A stretch of DNA of 64,000 bases from contig NC_043015.1 in assembly GCF_006345805.1 (NCBI RefSeq), positions 18,290,001 through 18,354,000 of the forward strand, read 5' to 3'. The DNA is from Octopus sinensis. Its lineage: Eukaryota. A model generated the notes under the pieces. That model saw only the letters and a program-made list of their open reading frames with translations. It made no database searches and was not told the origin of the DNA. This document shows, piece by piece, positions 61,440 to 64,000 of this stretch. Position numbers and translations under genes: made by a program. The number at the start of each line of letters is the position of its first letter. The first letter of the stretch is position 1.

Positions 61440-62680
61440 CCACCACCCTCAATATTACTTCCTTACAGTTGAGTGGTCTAGTGCCAGTACCATGTAAAAA
61501 TCATGCAGTACCCTGTAAAGTGGTTGATGGCATCCGGCTGTAGAAACCATGCCAAAGTAGATACTGGAGCTTGGTGTAGTCTTCTGGCTTGCCAGCTCAT
61601 GCCAGCACAAAAATGGACATTAAATGTATGCATTTGCCCAAAACAAGAACTGGTCTATATCATTGGATGCAAAGTAAGCCACAGATGTAACATCAAAATT
61701 TTCCTTCAAGATGTCTGAAGAAAGATAGAGTGTTCTTCACTCTCAACAGTTGCATGGTTGATGACTCTACCGAGTTTATCCATCCATTGAGAGATTTTTT
61801 TGTGTTCTGCAACAAAAACCATCCTTCTTACCAAGTAGGTTTGGCATGTATATACATATGTGCACACATACGTAAATATATATCCATTCATACACACATG
61901 ATAATTAGAATAAGAATAGGATGGAGGAATTTCAGAGAGCTTTTACCTCTGTTGGCTATGAAAGGTTTCTCTTCTCTGAATGAAAGGCAGATTGTATAAT
62001 GCAAGTATACAGACAGCAATTCTACATGGTAGTGAGTCGTGAGCCTTGAATGTAGAGGACGTTCAAAGGTTAGAGAGGAATGAGGCTAGTATGCTCTGCT
62101 GGATGTGTAGTATAAGTGTATATGTTTGTCAGAGTGCTAGTGCATTGAGTGAGAAGTTAGGTATAAGAGGAATTAGATGCAGTGAGCAAGAGAGAAGACT
62201 GTGCTGGTTTGGTCATGTGTTGTGGGTGGATGCTGACAGCTTCATAAAGAAGTGCCGATCTCTCAAAGTAGATGGAACACACGATAGTGGGAGACTCAGG
62301 AAGACATTGGATGAAGTACTGAAGAATGAATTCAAGATGATGAATTTTTCAGGTGGGATGACAAAGAACTGAGATGCCTTGCAACTTACTGTATTCAAGA
62401 AGACTTTTACCTCAACAGCAGAAGCAATAAGGTCACTCCCACAGGTGAAGATGATTAGCCTGCCAGAGTCTTGTATCAGTGCTATGTAAAAAACACACAT
62501 GCTGGTGCAATGCCATGTAAAAGCACCCAGTGCACTCTATAAAGTGGTTGGTGTTAGGAAGGGCATCCAGCTGTAGAAACCATGCAAAGTCAGATTTGAG
62601 CCTGGTGCAGCTCTGCAACTTAGGTCAAACCATCCAACCAGCATGGACAATGAATGTTAAATGATGATGATGATGATGAT
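61440..62680 (+). mobile_element. RTE LINE fragments (3' UTR piece 61440-61630; RT C-terminus and tail 61900-62680)
   Basis: RIRIGWRNFRELLPLL, LERNEASMLCWMC, RLCWFGHV, GGAAGGGCATCCAGCTGTAGAAAC and (GAT)n. Confidence 0.85.
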
Positions 62681-62689
62681 GATACACAC

Positions 62690-63290
62690 ACAGAGTGTAA
62701 AAAGGTTGCTTCACAATCATGTTTTTGGGTTCAGTCCCACTGCATAGTACCTTCAGCAACTGTCTTCTACGGTAGCTCTGAGCTGATCAAAGCTCATGAA
62801 TGGATTTGGGAGATAAATTAAAAAAAAACTGTTTGTATGTATATATGTGTGTGTGTTGTCTTGACATTGTACGATAGCTTCAAAAGAGTGTCACAGGGAT
62901 ATAAATAGTATTATTCTTTTCCAATATTTTGTGAAAACATGTCTGGTGAGAGGGAAAAAATATCTTGCTTGGAATCAAGTGAGGGTTGGCAACAGGAAGG
63001 GCATCCTGCTGTAGAAAATCTTCAATAAACTCTGTCCAGCTCATGCAAGTATGTGCATACACACACACACAAACTACCATCATCACTTACCATTTGCTTT
63101 CCATGGTATGGGATGGACAGTTAGACAAGAAATTGGTGAGCTGCAGTGCTGCTTCAGACTTTTATGTCATCTTTGGCATGGTTTTTATGGCTGGATGCCT
63201 TTCTTAATGCCAACCACTGTACAGAGTGTACTCGGTGCTTTTTATGTGCTACTAGCACAAATGAGGTTGCTATTAAGCTTGCAACACATA
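62690..63290. mobile_element. Decayed tRNA-SINE with RTE-derived tail (+, 62690-63040) and an RTE tail (-, 63070-63290)
   Basis: GGTTCAGTCCCACTGC B-box-like sequence, GTCTTCTAC body, GGAAGGGCATCC tail; GGATGCCTTTCTTAATGCCAACC. Confidence 0.65.
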
Positions 63291-64000
63291 CAAAAACAGA
63301 GAAAAAGGAAAGGGAAAAAGTCTCACAATGAGGAGGAAGGTAGAGGTGGGGGGTGGAATGCAAAGGTGTGTGGCTTTATGCCAGATGATAAAAGGTTAAA
63401 GTGTGATAGAGGGGCAAGCACAGGTGTCTTGCTATAGAGGAGATAACAGAAAGGTAGTGATGAGGTGCTAGAGCAAACAAGAGGGTAAGCATAAAAAAAG
63501 ATACAGATGAAGGGTCATGGGAGGAGATGAGAGAATGTGTAGATGCTTTCATAAGAGTGTGGGAGGGGAATAAACAGATGGAGAAAGAGGTTAAAGGTTA
63601 ATATGAGTGATGAGCAAGGGCAGGAGTGCAGATGATGGGAAATATCAGTATGGAAAGGGGTAAGATGGGAGACACAGGAATGACCCAAGAAAGAGAATAG
63701 AAAGGAATGTGCAAGGTGTAGGAGCAGTGGAGAGGGAGGGGCTATAGTAGGTGGGTGGGTCATGACGGTAGATATGGGAGGGCATTGAGAATGATAGCAA
63801 GGTAAGAGAGCAGTTTAGAATGGAGTATAGCAGGAGAGAGAGAGAGAACAGTAGCTGAAAGTACAGAAAGGAGGTGGGGGTGATTGGTTGAAATAGTATG
63901 GGTAAGGATGATGAGTTATGTTAAGGATGGGATGGGATGTAATATGTGCTAATTCTTCTCTCAAGAAATTCAGCAATCAAGTAATGTCATAAAAGGAGAG

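Overview
AT-rich, repeat-dense animal genomic DNA. The repeat types (RTE-tail repeats ending in (CAT)n/(GAT)n, tRNA-derived SINEs, long TA/TACA satellites) suggest an octopus or other cephalopod; this is an inference, not checked. One host gene can be rebuilt by hand on the minus strand from 8 phase-compatible GT-AG exons plus 1 tentative exon (about 687-36958). It encodes an orphan 7-transmembrane protein whose ends are unresolved. Most of the rest is transposon-derived: two Tc1 elements, a mariner, a piggyBac, a MULE, a Chapaev-like element, Helitron-like elements, a Ty3/gypsy element split by a young RTE, many RTE fragments, a Tx1/L1, a CR1-like LINE, Penelope-like elements and SINEs. There is also a ~5 kb TA satellite and a 100-N gap. 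The main unexpected signal is RNA structure: nine type I hammerhead-ribozyme motifs from several unrelated sequence families, four with an intact catalytic core and stems. Two of the intact ones lie in an ORF-less ~460-bp tandem-plus-inverted repeat (55055-56050) that looks like a retrozyme or a Penelope pseudo-LTR-only element. No CRISPR array, rRNA or genuine tRNA gene was seen.
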